Shown here piece by piece: positions 32,266 to 44,431 of a stretch of DNA of 64,000 nucleotides. The notes below the pieces were generated by a model, which was given only the letters and a program-made list of their open reading frames with translations, was not told where the DNA came from and ran no database searches. The stretch is from Neophaeotheca triangularis (lineage: Eukaryota): the NCBI GenBank assembly GCA_054600435.1, contig BAAIJX010000020.1, positions 248,001 to 312,000 of the forward strand, written 5' to 3'. The position numbers and the translations under genes are program-made. Positions within the stretch are counted from its first letter, which is position 1, and the number at the start of each line of letters is the position of its first letter.

Positions 32266-33808
32266 GAGATTGTGGGCAAGCAAGAACGCTTACTAATCAT
32301 GTAAGGAATACCTCTTCAATTAAATATATAGACCAAACTAAAGAGGAATGCACGACGAACCAGCTCTTGACTACGAAGGAAAGACTTCCGTGGACTTATT
32401 ACTAGAAGTTGCGACCTACAAACCCTCTCGAAGAAGACACAACCGACGCCTGCTTTGCTTATTTGTAGCGACATCTAGCTTACGACCAGCTTTTATAGGT
32501 TCACGTTCAACAATATACACGCCGTAAAATCGTCAGAGAAGCAGCCAATATGTTGCGGTGAAACACAACAGAGCAGGGTCAGTCCTTACAAGCACGGAAT
32601 TACGATATGTATATCATTCACCTGGCGACCTGCTCTGGTCCTCGAAATGGTAAGGGGGGTTAGGAGTTGCATGCAGTAATTTGTCGCCTGCTAACTACAT
32701 TCATAGCCTTGCAGACCCTACAGACTTTGCTATAGGCTGTATGGAGGTTGCTGAATGTAATGGATTGGGGGCTATAGTGTATTGTAGGTATTGCTACCCG
32801 AACTTACCTATACATGGCGAAGCTATCAATGCCATACTCATGCTCATCCTAAAGGCTATAGTATACATCTTGAGGAGACTTTGCTCGCGGATAAGTATCT
32901 CAAACAATACACTGTACACTCGCCGCCTTGGCTGGCTACTGTGGGATATAGAAGCCAGCGTGCTTAGCCTTGCTCGCGCTACCTAGGTTGGTGTTTCGCA
33001 AGCTGACTTGGGGAAGGGGGGGTTGGGGGACTCAGCCTCGTTTCGGTGCCTGAACCATCCCGTGCTTATTCCACAGCCCTTCGAAGCAGAGGTAGGTCTT
33101 CTGTCCTCCCTTCTTCCCCCTCAACATTCGACAATTAGCGTCGTGGTTGTATTCGGGTTTCTCATCAAGCCTGCCTCGCTCCCTCGGCAACTGTACGCTT
33201 CTTCTCACAGCGACTATACTGTCATAATCATCCTCCAGCCAGGCATCAGGCACAGGGACACGCGTTTGAGGATCGACTACCTGCTTGAGGACTTCAAAAC
33301 TACGGCCAATGTCGCCTTGCGAATGTATCTACAGGAAATGCGTTCTGGTTTCTGGTGGGTGATCGAAGTGACAAATTTGCCTTCTATCACCTGAGGCGAG
33401 TCTCCGAGGAAAAGAAACTCAAGGGCTCTTTTCTCGGTCCCTCCCTACATCTGGCATTACCCAGACACTACAGAAGACCTCCAGATTCCGATCTCAGACC
33501 CCTGTTTATTGCTTGACACCACGACACGATAAAACACCGCAACAGACATTCCTCTTCACGCGGTTTCCGCCTGTCCAACATCCTAGCACCAGCTGCTCCC
33601 CAACCAGCACCACCACCATCATAAGGCTCCATGGCCCATCTCAGTCGAGGTATCAAGCTGCCAGCAAGTTTCCAAACACCACTCATATCGACCAATACAG
33701 AAGAGATTTCTCAAGAAGGCCGGAGAGCAAGTACAAAGTGAGCTTCAGTAGTAAGTATAGTTGAATCTTCTAATTCGGCGCTAGTGGATGGCTGTTTCGT
33801 CACGGCTC

Positions 33809-33949
33809 AGAAACGGCCGAGAAACGATCGAGAAAGCTCAGAAACGGTCCAGAAAGGGCATGGAAATGGTTCAGAAACACTCAAGAAATGGTTCAGAAAC
33901 GGTAGAGAAACGACTAAGAAACGACTGAGAAATGGCTCAGGGATGGCTC
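33809..33949 (+). repeat. Degenerate 11-bp minisatellite, about 13 units, consensus near AGAAACGGTTC
   Basis: agaaacggccg agaaacgatcg agaaagctc agaaacggtcc agaaagggcat ggaaatggttc agaaacactca agaaatggttc agaaacggtag agaaacgacta agaaacgactg agaaatggctc agggatggctc. Confidence 0.85.
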
Positions 33950-34028
33950 ATTAAAACCGCAAGCTCCTCCATCACATGATGCAGCCATACAACCCTCCGC
34001 TACCCTGAGCCCACCTAATCCCCTTACA

Positions 34029-35009
34029 TCACATGACCCAGCAACCCACCCTCTTCTTCCCCTTCCCCTCCTCCTCTTTCTTCCCCATCTCCCCTTCCTC
34101 CCCCTCCTTCCCTCCCCCTCCTCCACCACCCCTATGCGGCCTAGCCCACCCCCCAACCCTCCTACCATTCTGATACCGAAACAACCCCTGATACGTCTGA
34201 TCGCGATAAACCCCACTCCCCGCTAACCCCGCGCCTACAACTGGATTCCCCGCTCCCGCCATGGGGCCCGGCCCGGCACTGCCCAGTGGCCCTCCGCCGC
34301 GTAGTGCCGAGAACGGGTATCCTTGCCTCATTGCTGAGGGGTCGAATGGGCCGGGTGGGAAAGGGGCGGGGCCGAGGGGGAAAGACGCAGGTAGGCCGGG
34401 GCTAGGTTGCGGTATGAGGCTTTGGCCGAAGGGGGTAGAGGGGTTAGGGGGCTGGTATGGGTCGAGTGGGTATTGTTGCTGGGGTTGTTGGAAGGGTGCG
34501 GAGGGCTGTTGGTAGGGTGGCGGCTGCGGGTTCTGCAGCGGGTAAGGGGTCGCGGGGTTGGGATTCGCAGGAGGTGTTTGAGCGGGTTGCCGTTGATACG
34601 GCTGTGGGGCCGGTTGCTGTGGCTGCTGGTAAGGCTGTGAGGGTGCTTGCCGTTGTTGCGGCGGTTCTTGCTGCTGGAAAGCTGGTCGAGGCGGATTCTG
34701 CGTCGACGCAACTGGCGCCTGTTGATATGGTTGCCCGGAGCCAGCCGGAAAACCGGCGCTCGGTGTCCAACTCGAAGGATAACTGGAAGAAGAGCTTTGC
34801 GGAAGCTGGCCCGGACGACTGGGTGCTTTTGAAGGCAGTCCCTGTCGAGCTTCGGGTGGTAGCTGGGCGCGTATTTGGTTTTGCAGGTCAGGGGGTAAGT
34901 CTTTGAGGTCTTTTGGTGGAGCTGGGCCTTGGCTGGGTGCACGACTGGGGGCTGGAGTGTCGTCCGGGAGGTTGAGGAGTTCGTCCAGGAGGGTGTCTTT
35001 GGTTGACAT
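34029..35009 (-). CDS. Pro/Gln-rich hypothetical protein (probable start MSTKDTLLDELL)
   Basis: Long open frame of low-complexity P/Q sequence ending in CWVM (CaaX-like); no family recognised. Confidence 0.55.
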   Translation of the reverse strand: MSTKDTLLDELLNLPDDTPAPSRAPSQGPAPPKDLKDLPPDLQNQIRAQLPPEARQGLPSKAPSRPGQLPQSSSSSYPSSWTPSAGFPAGSGQPYQQAPVASTQNPPRPAFQQQEPPQQRQAPSQPYQQPQQPAPQPYQRQPAQTPPANPNPATPYPLQNPQPPPYQQPSAPFQQPQQQYPLDPYQPPNPSTPFGQSLIPQPSPGLPASFPLGPAPFPPGPFDPSAMRQGYPFSALRGGGPLGSAGPGPMAGAGNPVVGAGLAGSGVYRDQTYQGLFRYQNGRRVGGWARPHRGGGGGGGKEGEEGEMGKKEEEGKGKKRVGCWVM

Positions 35010-35594
35010 GGTGCGGTGGAAGGGGGTTGAGGTTGGTGGAGGTTTGATTGAGACTTTTCTTCGATGGTGTGGAGAAGTAGGGATGATGAGGGCAGGTAGA
35101 AGATTGGTGATGCAGAGGGTTGTCGAATAGTCGGGAGAATGCGAAAGGGGCTGAGGTGGGTGGAAGTAATGGTCCACGACGCTCACCTCCTGTCAATGAT
35201 CTTGTTGCCAACTGTTTGACGTGTTCGGTATACTGAATGCTAGAGTGACGGAAATTCAGAACCTTGATGATACTACTTTGTGTTTGCCTAGAGCAATGCG
35301 CTATCGTCGGGGTGTTAGCGTTGTATACCATAGTGCGCTATGTGCGTCGTTGATTCGTAGCAGGATGATGATTTGACTTTGTCCGTCACCCTTCTTTCGG
35401 CCGTCGTCATACCTGCCGTTAGTCTGCCCGGTGAATTGCTATCGGGTCTGCGTTTTCCAGGTCGATCATCGTCAATCGATCGTGGCAGCAGCATACCAAA
35501 TCCCCCCAACACCATACATCCGTCACCAGAGCTTGGTGTCCATTCTCCTTTCTCGTAAAGGCTCCGGTGGCTGGCGATAGGAATGGCTCGACCC

Positions 35595-37463
35595 CTACAA
35601 CTTGGCCTTCAGCCCTTCCGCCTCATCCCGAACAACCACCCCCCTCACTCTAGCCACCTCCCTCTCTCTCCCTTTCAAAACCCTCCTCAGCAACTTCCCT
35701 GTCGCACTTTTTGGCACAGCCTCCACAAACTCCACCTCCTTCAACCACTTATAACGAATCTTCCTCTCGCGGCAGAAAGCCAACAACCCCCTCCCAACCC
35801 GCTCACTCGGCGCAATCCCCTTCTTCAAGACAACAAAAGCCTTCGGACGCTCTCCCGCGTAGTCGTCAGGAATCCCCAACACAGCGGCGTCTTCCACGTC
35901 CTCATGGCCGAGGAGCAGATCTTCCAGTTCAGCGGGCGCGACTTGTTGGCCTTTGATCTTGAGCATTTCCTTGATCCTATCGGAAATGTGCAGCAAGCCT
36001 TCGTCGTCAATGTGTCCGACATCGCCGGTGTGGAGGTAGCCTTCCGCATCGAAAGTCTCCGCCGTCGCGCTCGGGTTGTTCAAGTAGCCCATGGCGATTT
36101 GCGGGCCTTTGGCCAGGATTTCACCTGTTTCGTTGGGGCCGAGGAGTTTGCTTGGATCGGTCAGGGATATGACTTTAGCTGTCGTGTTGGCGACGAGTTT
36201 GCCCGCCGTGGCGGCGTATTTATAGTCGAAATGGGTGGGCGGGTGGGCGGAGATGCAAGCTGTGGACTCTGTGGCGCCGTAGCCTTGGCGGAAGCCCGAA
36301 GAGGGGAACTTTTGTTGCAGTTGCAGTGTTACTTCAGGGGCTATTGGGGCGGAGCCTGAGGACCAGCGTTTTACTATCTCGCGAAGTTCGGGGAGGTAGG
36401 GTTCGACGACTGCGTCTTTGGCCATGCGGATTAGTATTGGGGGGACGAGGATCAGCTCTTCGATGCGGTGGTGGATAATAGCTTTGAGCATGGCGTGCAT
36501 TTCGAAGGCTTTGAGCATAACGCAGTCGCCGTTCATTAGCAGGGGGTAGGTGCAGAAGCGGACTAGACCTGTTATGTGGAAGAGAGGCATCACGGCGAGG
36601 ATGCGATATCGCTGGCCGGGGGATACAACTTGTAATTGCCGGAGCTGGTGGCACTGTGCTATCACGTTGTGATGGGATATCTGCGGGTTCTTCTCAGTGT
36701 CTGCTAGGAAGCGACGGGACGTACTGACTAACCTGTACAGCTTTGGGGAGCCCCGTAGTACCGCTCGAAAAATTAAGGTAGCCGCAGACTTCGCGATTAC
36801 TCTTTCCCGGCGGTAGAGACCAGACCGGGGTGGCTGGTGTTTGGTCGTACTCTTCGATCAATTGCCGGATGCTAGTGAAACCATCACGCTCGCCTTCTAG
36901 CAGTAATACATGCGATCGAGCTATTCCAACCTTGTCCGCAGCATCGACAGCAACGTCAAGAGAAGAAGGAAGTGTAAGTAAGACCTTTGATTGCGCGGTC
37001 TTGAGAGCGTATGCCATTTCTTCGGCGTTGTAAGCTGGTGAGGCTCCATTGACACAACCACCTACCCTCAGTGCCGCCCACATTGCAACTCTAAAAGAGA
37101 CGATCAGAACGGAGGCTCGAGGTAGCAGTAGTGATGCCTCGACTCACGGGTACCATATCGTATTCGTACTGAACAACGATACCGTCTCCCCGGGCTGAAG
37201 ACCATATCGCTGCACGAAAGCCGTACTGAGTTTCGTGGCCTTGTCTTTGACATGGACGAATCCAATGCGTTCTTCGGTCACAGCATCGACATAGCTGCCT
37301 ACCTCGCCATTGCCGGCGTAGAGTGGTGAGTGGCCTTTGTTTTCGAAAGCCCATTGCCAGGTCGTGACGTCGGCGGGTACTTTTTGATAAGTTAGCTGAG
37401 TTTCCCTTTTGAGTACTGGGAGAATTTACTGTCGAGATCTGGATGAGATGATTTCCACAACAT
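35595..37463 (-). CDS. Peroxisomal AMP-binding acyl-CoA ligase (4-coumarate/phenylacetate-CoA ligase-like); exons 37430-37463, 37148-37379, 36733-37090, 35595-36680
   Basis: FSSGTTGLPKAV, QGYGATE, YLHTGDVG, DRIKEMLKIKG, PKSATGKLLRR; C-terminal PTS1 AKL. Confidence 0.92.
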
Positions 37464-38104
37464 ATTGTTAATCATCTACAGAGTCGTTCAAAGTGACGGT
37501 ATTCTTTCATTGATCAGCTTTCAGCATGGTGAAATGGTACTGTAGCTCGTGTAGCTTGCTTCCATTTGACGTGAGGAGCTGGATTTGTGACCTCGGCATG
37601 AGCTGCGATATCGGGCGAGCAGCACCCGAGCTGGAGGAGGTAAGTTAGGTACTGTACTTAGGTAGGCATTATGTATTCCTGCAAATCACCACTTTGTTCC
37701 CCCAGGGCTGAGAACAAGAGGAAGAAAGAAAGAAAAAAGGGGAAATTGATTCAGGTCAATCGCGTTCTAGTAGCCCCTGTAGTTGATTCTTGGTTTTCGA
37801 AACGTAAGGACGCAAACCTGCTGCTTGCGACTGCACGGCTCGGACTCCTCTCCGACTAGTAGAGCCAGATCATATCAAACGCTGCTACTAGAAACGTCGT
37901 CGCATCGCTCCAATCGTCTTCCATTTGTTTGCTGGAAGGAGGGTTCATAAATACAGGCTGATAAGATCATCGCCTCGCTAATTAGCATAACCAATTCATC
38001 TCGTTTCGTTACGGTCGTGAGCTCCAGGGGCCTCTGTCTCGATTTGTCCGTAGCTGGCACCGAACTGGACGAAATGGCGCCATGTCTTTAGAGCAGAAGG
38101 ACCC

Positions 38105-39187
38105 CTATACTCGCGGCGGTTCATCGTTCAACGGCTTGGGCTTCAGCAACAGCATGCTGTCCACCGTGCCGGGCGGCTCATCACTCTGCATTCGTGATGC
38201 AAGCTGCTCCGCAAACAGACCAGTGACAGATCCATTGACAGAAGCCTCTCGTACACCTCTCAGTTGGTCAAATGGCTCGAGCATCTCTTCCAAGTCTTCG
38301 GCAACCTTGGCAACGCTGCCCTTTTGCCATGAAGCCTCGCGCTTGATATCGTCCAAAATCGCATTCCCATTGCTAACGCGGATAGCTACTCTTGATAAAA
38401 TACGTGTCTCGGTATCAAAACCATCATTCTTCCCGCCCGTATCATCATCCCTCGCCCCGCCATCCCCAGGCTTAAGCACATTCACCAATCTCTGCACCTG
38501 CTGTTTCAACCCCTGCGTCAATCCCCTCCCACTAACATTAAACTTAATCATCCCCGTGTACGAATCCACATGATCAACATGCACAACCACCTTCTTAATC
38601 AACCGCATATACCTCTCAGGCAACAACTCCAGAAAGTCATAACTCCGACTCGGCGCCAGCCCACTCGGCAACAGCCAGCGGAATCGGAAGGTAATAGCCG
38701 CATACGTGACGAACAGCAGGAAAGTATTACTCCCGTAGACCAGCTCCGCGCACTCATCGTGCAATTGTTGACATACGCCGAAGACGCTGACGTTTCCCCG
38801 CTGCCAGACGATATTGTTGGGTTTCCTTGAATTAGAATTGGGAGCGGTAGCGTTGTCATCCGCTTTCGGCACCATCATGCCCTTTTCCCCTCTCTTTTGC
38901 ACGGCGCTGAAGTTGCGGGCATGGCTCGCTAGGGGGTTGGTGTCGTTGAGTTCGCGGGTCCGGGGGAGTAGATAGCTGAGAATTTCTTGTCGGAGCTCGA
39001 GGGGCAGTTTGAAGAGAGGAAAACGTGGTTTGAAGCTTGCTGGGGAGCGGGAGCGTTGTTCTAGTTCGTCCCAGCTTTCGTGACGGTGGTTGAGCGGTGG
39101 GCGGAAACGGGCGGAGTTTGTGATGGTTGTGGGCGAGAAGTGGGGGGATATGTCGTAGTCGCGGCAATTGTAGTGACCGGTGTCCAT
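38105..39187 (-). CDS. Fungal hypothetical protein with an F-box-like (FPLFKLPLELRQEI) motif
   Basis: 360-aa ORF with coding-like composition and VCQQLHDECAELVYGSNTF motif. Confidence 0.7.
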   Translation of the reverse strand: MDTGHYNCRDYDISPHFSPTTITNSARFRPPLNHRHESWDELEQRSRSPASFKPRFPLFKLPLELRQEILSYLLPRTRELNDTNPLASHARNFSAVQKRGEKGMMVPKADDNATAPNSNSRKPNNIVWQRGNVSVFGVCQQLHDECAELVYGSNTFLLFVTYAAITFRFRWLLPSGLAPSRSYDFLELLPERYMRLIKKVVVHVDHVDSYTGMIKFNVSGRGLTQGLKQQVQRLVNVLKPGDGGARDDDTGGKNDGFDTETRILSRVAIRVSNGNAILDDIKREASWQKGSVAKVAEDLEEMLEPFDQLRGVREASVNGSVTGLFAEQLASRMQSDEPPGTVDSMLLLKPKPLNDEPPRV

Positions 39188-39681
39188 GATACAGTCAGAA
39201 CTAGTAGGTATTGGCAGGACAGGTAGCAGTAGTAGTTTACGTCTAGAGTGACAAGGTACCTTAGATCTCTGGGTTGTTTCGAGGATGATGTCGCTTTATT
39301 AGTGGCCCAAGCTTCTACCTGATTGAGACATCGACATTGCTTCCCCTTTCGACTTGATATCTCTCCTTCTTTCTATCAAACTCCACCAAACATGCTCGAA
39401 TCCGCAAGAATCGCCCTTCGAGGGCAGGCAAATGCCGAAAAGCTTGATGCGAGGCGTGATGGACGGTGCCTTCCCACTTATAGCCCCAACGGAGGGGTTG
39501 ATGCTATTTGAGCCTTTCAATCACCCCTGAACAGCCTCAATAAGCAGTTCAGCGCCAGTAAACTATCGAAAGGGGAAGACGTAGAGGGGAGCCTATAAAG
39601 ACTTTTGAAAGAGAACGAATCGATCAGACGGCCTACACCATCACCCAGAAAGTGCCGATTCCAATCAGAAACGACGGTCCA

Positions 39682-40734
39682 ATGCCCACCATGTACTTCG
39701 ACTTCCTACCCAACGAAATCCTGACCCAGATCTTCCTCCACCTCCCCACCGTCTACTCAGCCCTCGCTCTCTCCTCAACAAGCCAGACTTTCCGCTCCGT
39801 CTACAACTCCTCCAAGCGGCTCGAAATCCTCAGCCAAGCAATCGAGCGCGAATACGGCCCCAGCGACGACATGATCCAACTCCTCACCCACAACACCTCC
39901 CAACCCGCCCACCTCCACCGCAACGCACCCCTATCCGATGCCCTGCTCAAGCAGATGGTCTCAATCGGCCACACGGCCTCCAAATACACCGAGCTCTACC
40001 CCTCCAAGAAATGGGCCTACCCCAATCACGCCGACCGCCGCCTGCTGACACCACCCGAGTCCCGCCGGCTGCGACAAGCTCTCTACCGCCTCTGGCTCTA
40101 CACGGCAGCTTTCCACACCCCCTCTCACGTTCGCACCGCCCGCAACCTCCCCCAAACCCTACAAACCCGCGCCGCGCTACTACACAACTACACCACAGCC
40201 TCTCTAGCCAGCATGCTGGACCTGCACCTCCTCCTCCGCGAACTAATCGCCCACGAAATCTGCCCAAGCAACGGCTCCGTGCGTCGTGAATTCCGTTCCC
40301 GCCACCCAGACTCTTCCCACCAACTACTCTTCAACCCTTCCAACCCCTCACAACACCAACACCACCATCAACACCCCTTCCTCCCCTCCCCCTCCACATC
40401 CACAAAACCCACCTCCCTCGACACCAAATACCACGCCACCCCCCACCACGAACCCGGCTTCGAAGGCTGGGGCGACGAAATCCAACACTACTACATTGTG
40501 GAAGACGTGCTGAAACTCGACCCGGCGCAATTGCTCTTCTTGCGGGACAAATGTCCACTGAAATGGCAAGTCGAGAGTTTTGTCATGGGATTGGGCGAGT
40601 GGTTTGAGCAGAATGGTGAGACTTTTTCCGAAACGCTTGGGTTTGTGCTTGCGCAGAGGGGGGTTGAGTTGGGCGAGGTGAGGGAGGCGGTTGAAGAAGG
40701 CGGATTGGGGGTTGTTTGTGGTGGAGAGGTTTGA
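39682..40734 (+). CDS. F-box domain protein
   Basis: MYFDFLPNEILTQIFLHLPTVYSALALSSTSQTF F-box; GWGDEIQHYYIVEDVLKLDP C-terminal motif. Start codon uncertain (39682 or 39691). Confidence 0.75.
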   Translation: MPTMYFDFLPNEILTQIFLHLPTVYSALALSSTSQTFRSVYNSSKRLEILSQAIEREYGPSDDMIQLLTHNTSQPAHLHRNAPLSDALLKQMVSIGHTASKYTELYPSKKWAYPNHADRRLLTPPESRRLRQALYRLWLYTAAFHTPSHVRTARNLPQTLQTRAALLHNYTTASLASMLDLHLLLRELIAHEICPSNGSVRREFRSRHPDSSHQLLFNPSNPSQHQHHHQHPFLPSPSTSTKPTSLDTKYHATPHHEPGFEGWGDEIQHYYIVEDVLKLDPAQLLFLRDKCPLKWQVESFVMGLGEWFEQNGETFSETLGFVLAQRGVELGEVREAVEEGGLGVVCGGEV

Positions 40735-41006
40735 GGGAGCAGGATTAATGGAGGATGCTCGTGAAGGTAGAGGTCTAGGGGATCAGGTTTAGGGTTGTTG
40801 GTGAGGATGTTCGGACTCGGTAGTGGCGTGGGAGGCGAGGAAGGCATAGGTTACTACAAAACGGCCGTGAGGGTGTAAGATCAAGGCATGGCGTCGAGGC
40901 TACCTAAGGTAACCTGTTATACTAATTTCGCTTTCTCGACGCACTATTCGTCCCTCCCACTATCTTGTAACATCTGCTCCCGCTCGAACACAACCAGTGT
41001 CTTGTC

Positions 41007-41094
41007 GACCATGTCGCGACCGTTTCTCAACCGTGTTCTGAACCTGTTCCGAGCGTATTTCGAGCGTTCTTCCAAGCGTGTCCGGAACGTGTTA
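41007..41094 (-). repeat. Second degenerate 11-bp minisatellite, 8 units, related to the 33.8-kb array
   Basis: Plus-strand units gaccatgtcgc gaccgtttctc aaccgtgttct gaacctgttcc gagcgtatttc gagcgttcttc caagcgtgtcc ggaacgtgtta; reverse complement is near GAGAAACGGTC. Confidence 0.6.
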
Positions 41095-41706
41095 CACACT
41101 CGCAAATCCAGCCCTCGACTAGCGCCTCCCTCTCCTGCTTCGTCTTGCGCGCAACCGCAAAGCAAGATCTCGAGAGCCTGTCGGGCTATCACGTGTCCTG
41201 TCGATTGTCGTTACACTAAACCAAGGTACCCCCAAGGGAGATACTCGCTCAACTCGCTTTCCCTGAGCGGAAGGGGTGTATACTGTACACTAAAACTGGC
41301 GGGCGAAAAGGTACTGTAAATAGCCCGAGGGCACGAGAAGCGCAAAGATTCCACCTTTCAAATCAGGTGTACACTACAGCTTTCGCTCGGTGGAAGTGCC
41401 TGAGGTAGGATATACAAGGAAGGTGGCCTACGTGCTCCTCACATCGCCGCTGATTTTATGGGAGAAAAGCCGTACGTGCAAGTAAAGCGCCTCTTCTCTT
41501 CTTCTTCATCTTCTTCTTGAAAACCGCGAAACGACGCTATGCCTCGCCACTCACCGCACCGAATGCATGCATGCATGCAATGCCCACCGGGCTATCTATA
41601 TACAAGTACACTTCCCATCACGCACTTCCGCATCCATTCCCACTCTGTCAACCCCCTGCACTCTCCACTCACCACCTCACCGCATTTCCCGGGTAAGAAA
41701 ACAACC

Positions 41707-44431
41707 CTACCGACCAAAAACCTTCACACACCCATCCCCACCCGCGGAAACTACCAACCTCCCATCCCCACTCCACGCGACATCGCAGACACCCTCACCC
41801 CTGAGTACACGGTGGGAAATAATCTCCTGCGTACAAATCCGCTTCTCCAGCGACCAAAATCGAATGCTCGCGTCGTGGCCCGCGGAGACTGCTTCGCGGC
41901 CGTCTTTACTCAGCCCGAGAGCGGAGATGGCTGAGGGGTGTGCTAGCATCGTGTAAGTGCATTGGCCTGCAGTATTCCAGTGTTAGTCCGTGTCGGACAT
42001 GGAGAGGGGGATGCAAGTATTACTCACCGCTATTCGCGTCATAGAACCTAACAAAACGATCTTCGTGTCCACTGATGACGACGCCCTCGACGCCCTCTTT
42101 GCTGCCCGTGGCGCCGGCGGCGACTTCTTCCGCTTCCAAACCCCTCGCGGCGTCGATGCTGGGACCCGTGCCTTCCAGACCCAGCGAAGTGGCTACGACC
42201 GTGTTGATGCTTGTCTCCAGCGTGCCGTCGTAAGTCTCATTGCTCGCCATGCCGATGACTTCCTCGCCCGTGCGCGTGTCGAAGACGAGGATTGAGGAGT
42301 CGGTATAGCTGACGACGAAAGTCTCGCCCGAGGGGGATAAGGGGGAGATGCAGGTCGGGCTGGCTTTCGGGGTGTCTGGTGTGTCGGGGCGTTCGATTGA
42401 GTGGACGAGTGTGTGGCTGAAAGGGTGGGCGCTGGCGACGCTGGGTTGGGGGGATGAGGGGAAGTTGCTGCCGCTCGTGACGCTGTGGCGGCGGGAACCC
42501 CCTACGCCGCGTCGGCTGCCGGTCGAAGGGGATTGGGATTGGGGCGGTGCGCTGATAGCCCAGACTTTGACCGTGCCGTCTGCAGAGCCCGAGACTAAGA
42601 GCAATTTGTCCGGACCGCCAAAGTTGCTGCTCTGTTGGCCAAAGACGGCGCCCAAGGTGGCTGGGAGGACGCAAACGGACCAGACGGCATCAGTGTGACC
42701 TTCAAGGGTGGCCTTTGGGTCGACACGGCCTCGCTCCCACACTCGCACCGTGGCATCTTGTCCGCCCGAGAAGATCCATCCATCACCGCTTGCTCTGCCT
42801 CCGGTGCTGAAACCGGTGCTTGGAGGACAGCAAGCCAATGCCGTGACTACACCGTCATGACCACGATGAGTGAAGTAGCTCTGAATGTCGAGATCGTTGT
42901 TTTGGTTGGCAGAACCGAAATTCTGGTAGCTCGCAGGGATGATCCAACGCTTGATAGTACCATCGTCACCGGCAGTGCAGACTTCGGGCTCGCTCGGACT
43001 GCCTCCACCGCTAAAGATGACGCTCCTAACTACGTCGAGGTGGCCTCGCAACGCGAACTTGACTTTGAACTGCGACGGGTCACTAGCGGCTGCTTCTGCT
43101 TTGTCTTGAGCGTCAGTCTTGCCTTGCGAGCTTCGCCGTCTGGATATCTGCTGAGACCCTGAGCTCTTTCTGCGATGCGATCCTGGTCCGCCACGCGGGG
43201 GAGACTTGGCTGAGAGATGGGCGTTGCTCGATGCGCTTGGGAAGAGATCTGTATCCGGTCTCCGCGGGGGAAGAATGTCTGGCGGTGCATTCTCTGGTGG
43301 AGGTCCGGGCTCCTCATCAAAGTTCCAGCCATCTCCGTCGGGGGTTTGCTTCGGCTGACCCAAGCCTTGCTGCTCTTGTTGTTCTGAGGGTATAGCACGG
43401 CCGTGACTGTCATAGACATGGGTGATGTTCTCGGCTGGCTCGTCGAAAGGTGCTGGAACATTTTGCTCTTGTTGCTGCACTTCCATACCCTGCGGACTCT
43501 GGTTGTGAACGGAGTATCGCCCTCCTCTCGCCCCTGGCATTTGCTCTTGCGGTGTGTCGTGCGGAGACATGTTGTCGGGTACAGGAGGTGGCTGGTGGTT
43601 GGGCATTGCTGCCGGCTCTGGAAGTTGCTGGCCTTGTTGCAACCCATTCCTCTGCTGGTGTCGGGCGTAAATGTCTTCGATAGAGAGGGGTGGGTCAGGC
43701 AGACCAGTGTAATTACCATTAGGAAGCATTTGGGGTGGTGGTGGGTGTTGCGGGGGTGTAAGCAGATACTGAATCTCCTTCATGCAGTTTTTGAGGTATT
43801 TGGTCGTATTGTCGAGGTACTGATCGCGTTCTGCCTCACTCGCACCTAGTGGCTCATCGGTTTCGAGGAACGAATTATGCGGTTGGGAGAAGGCTGGCAG
43901 GTAAAGTTAGCAATTGTAAGAATATCAGGGGAGCACGCCTGGAAATACGCACGTCGCTGTTCCCTCTTAGCCCCGTCTGACCCCGACCTCCCCTTCTTAC
44001 TCTTCAGCTCGTTCTGCATCTCCGCCTCTGTAGGTTTAACATCCTGCGCCGCAGCCTGCCCATCACCGCTCTTCTTCGCCCGCTCGCTCCTCAAAGCCGC
44101 CTCAAGCATAGCAATCTGCCGGTGCAGCTGATCGTTGGTCCGCTTCGACAACCGCACCTCGCCCTCCTGCTTAGCAATCTTGGCCTTCATTTCTGCGCGC
44201 TCAATGTCCCAGGCGTTCCGCGCTCGCTCGTGGTTGTGCCATTCGATTTGAAGGAAGCGCATGACACCTGTAATAAACAATCAGCATTCTCTCCCCTCCT
44301 TTTCCAGTTGCACCTCTCGTCCATGGATATGCCTGACCTTGAAGCGTGTATTCCGTCGCTTGCGGACCGTGGTGATCCCCTGACCCTCCCTGCATGCCAT
44401 TGCCCACGCCTCCCTGCTGCTGGTACGCCAT
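41707..44431 (-). CDS. pro11: Striatin (STRIPAK scaffold; PRO11/HAM-3/FSR1/StrA orthologue), 4 exons
   Basis: [42 protein letters not shown] striatin N-terminal domain; C-terminal WD40 repeats ([12 protein letters not shown]...[11 protein letters not shown]). Confidence 0.93.

Noticed and set aside
32681..33764. Short ORFs to the right of the tRNA pair
   Set aside because: No recognisable motifs or coherent exon structure; may be decayed sequence but cannot be supported.
33809..33949. CRISPR-like array
   Set aside because: Eukaryotic context, 11-bp tandem units and no unique spacers.
18672..37463. Secondary-metabolite cluster or Starship element (esterase, ABC transporter, CoA ligase)
   Set aside because: No PKS/NRPS/terpene backbone gene and no DUF3435 tyrosine recombinase; flanking genes are housekeeping.
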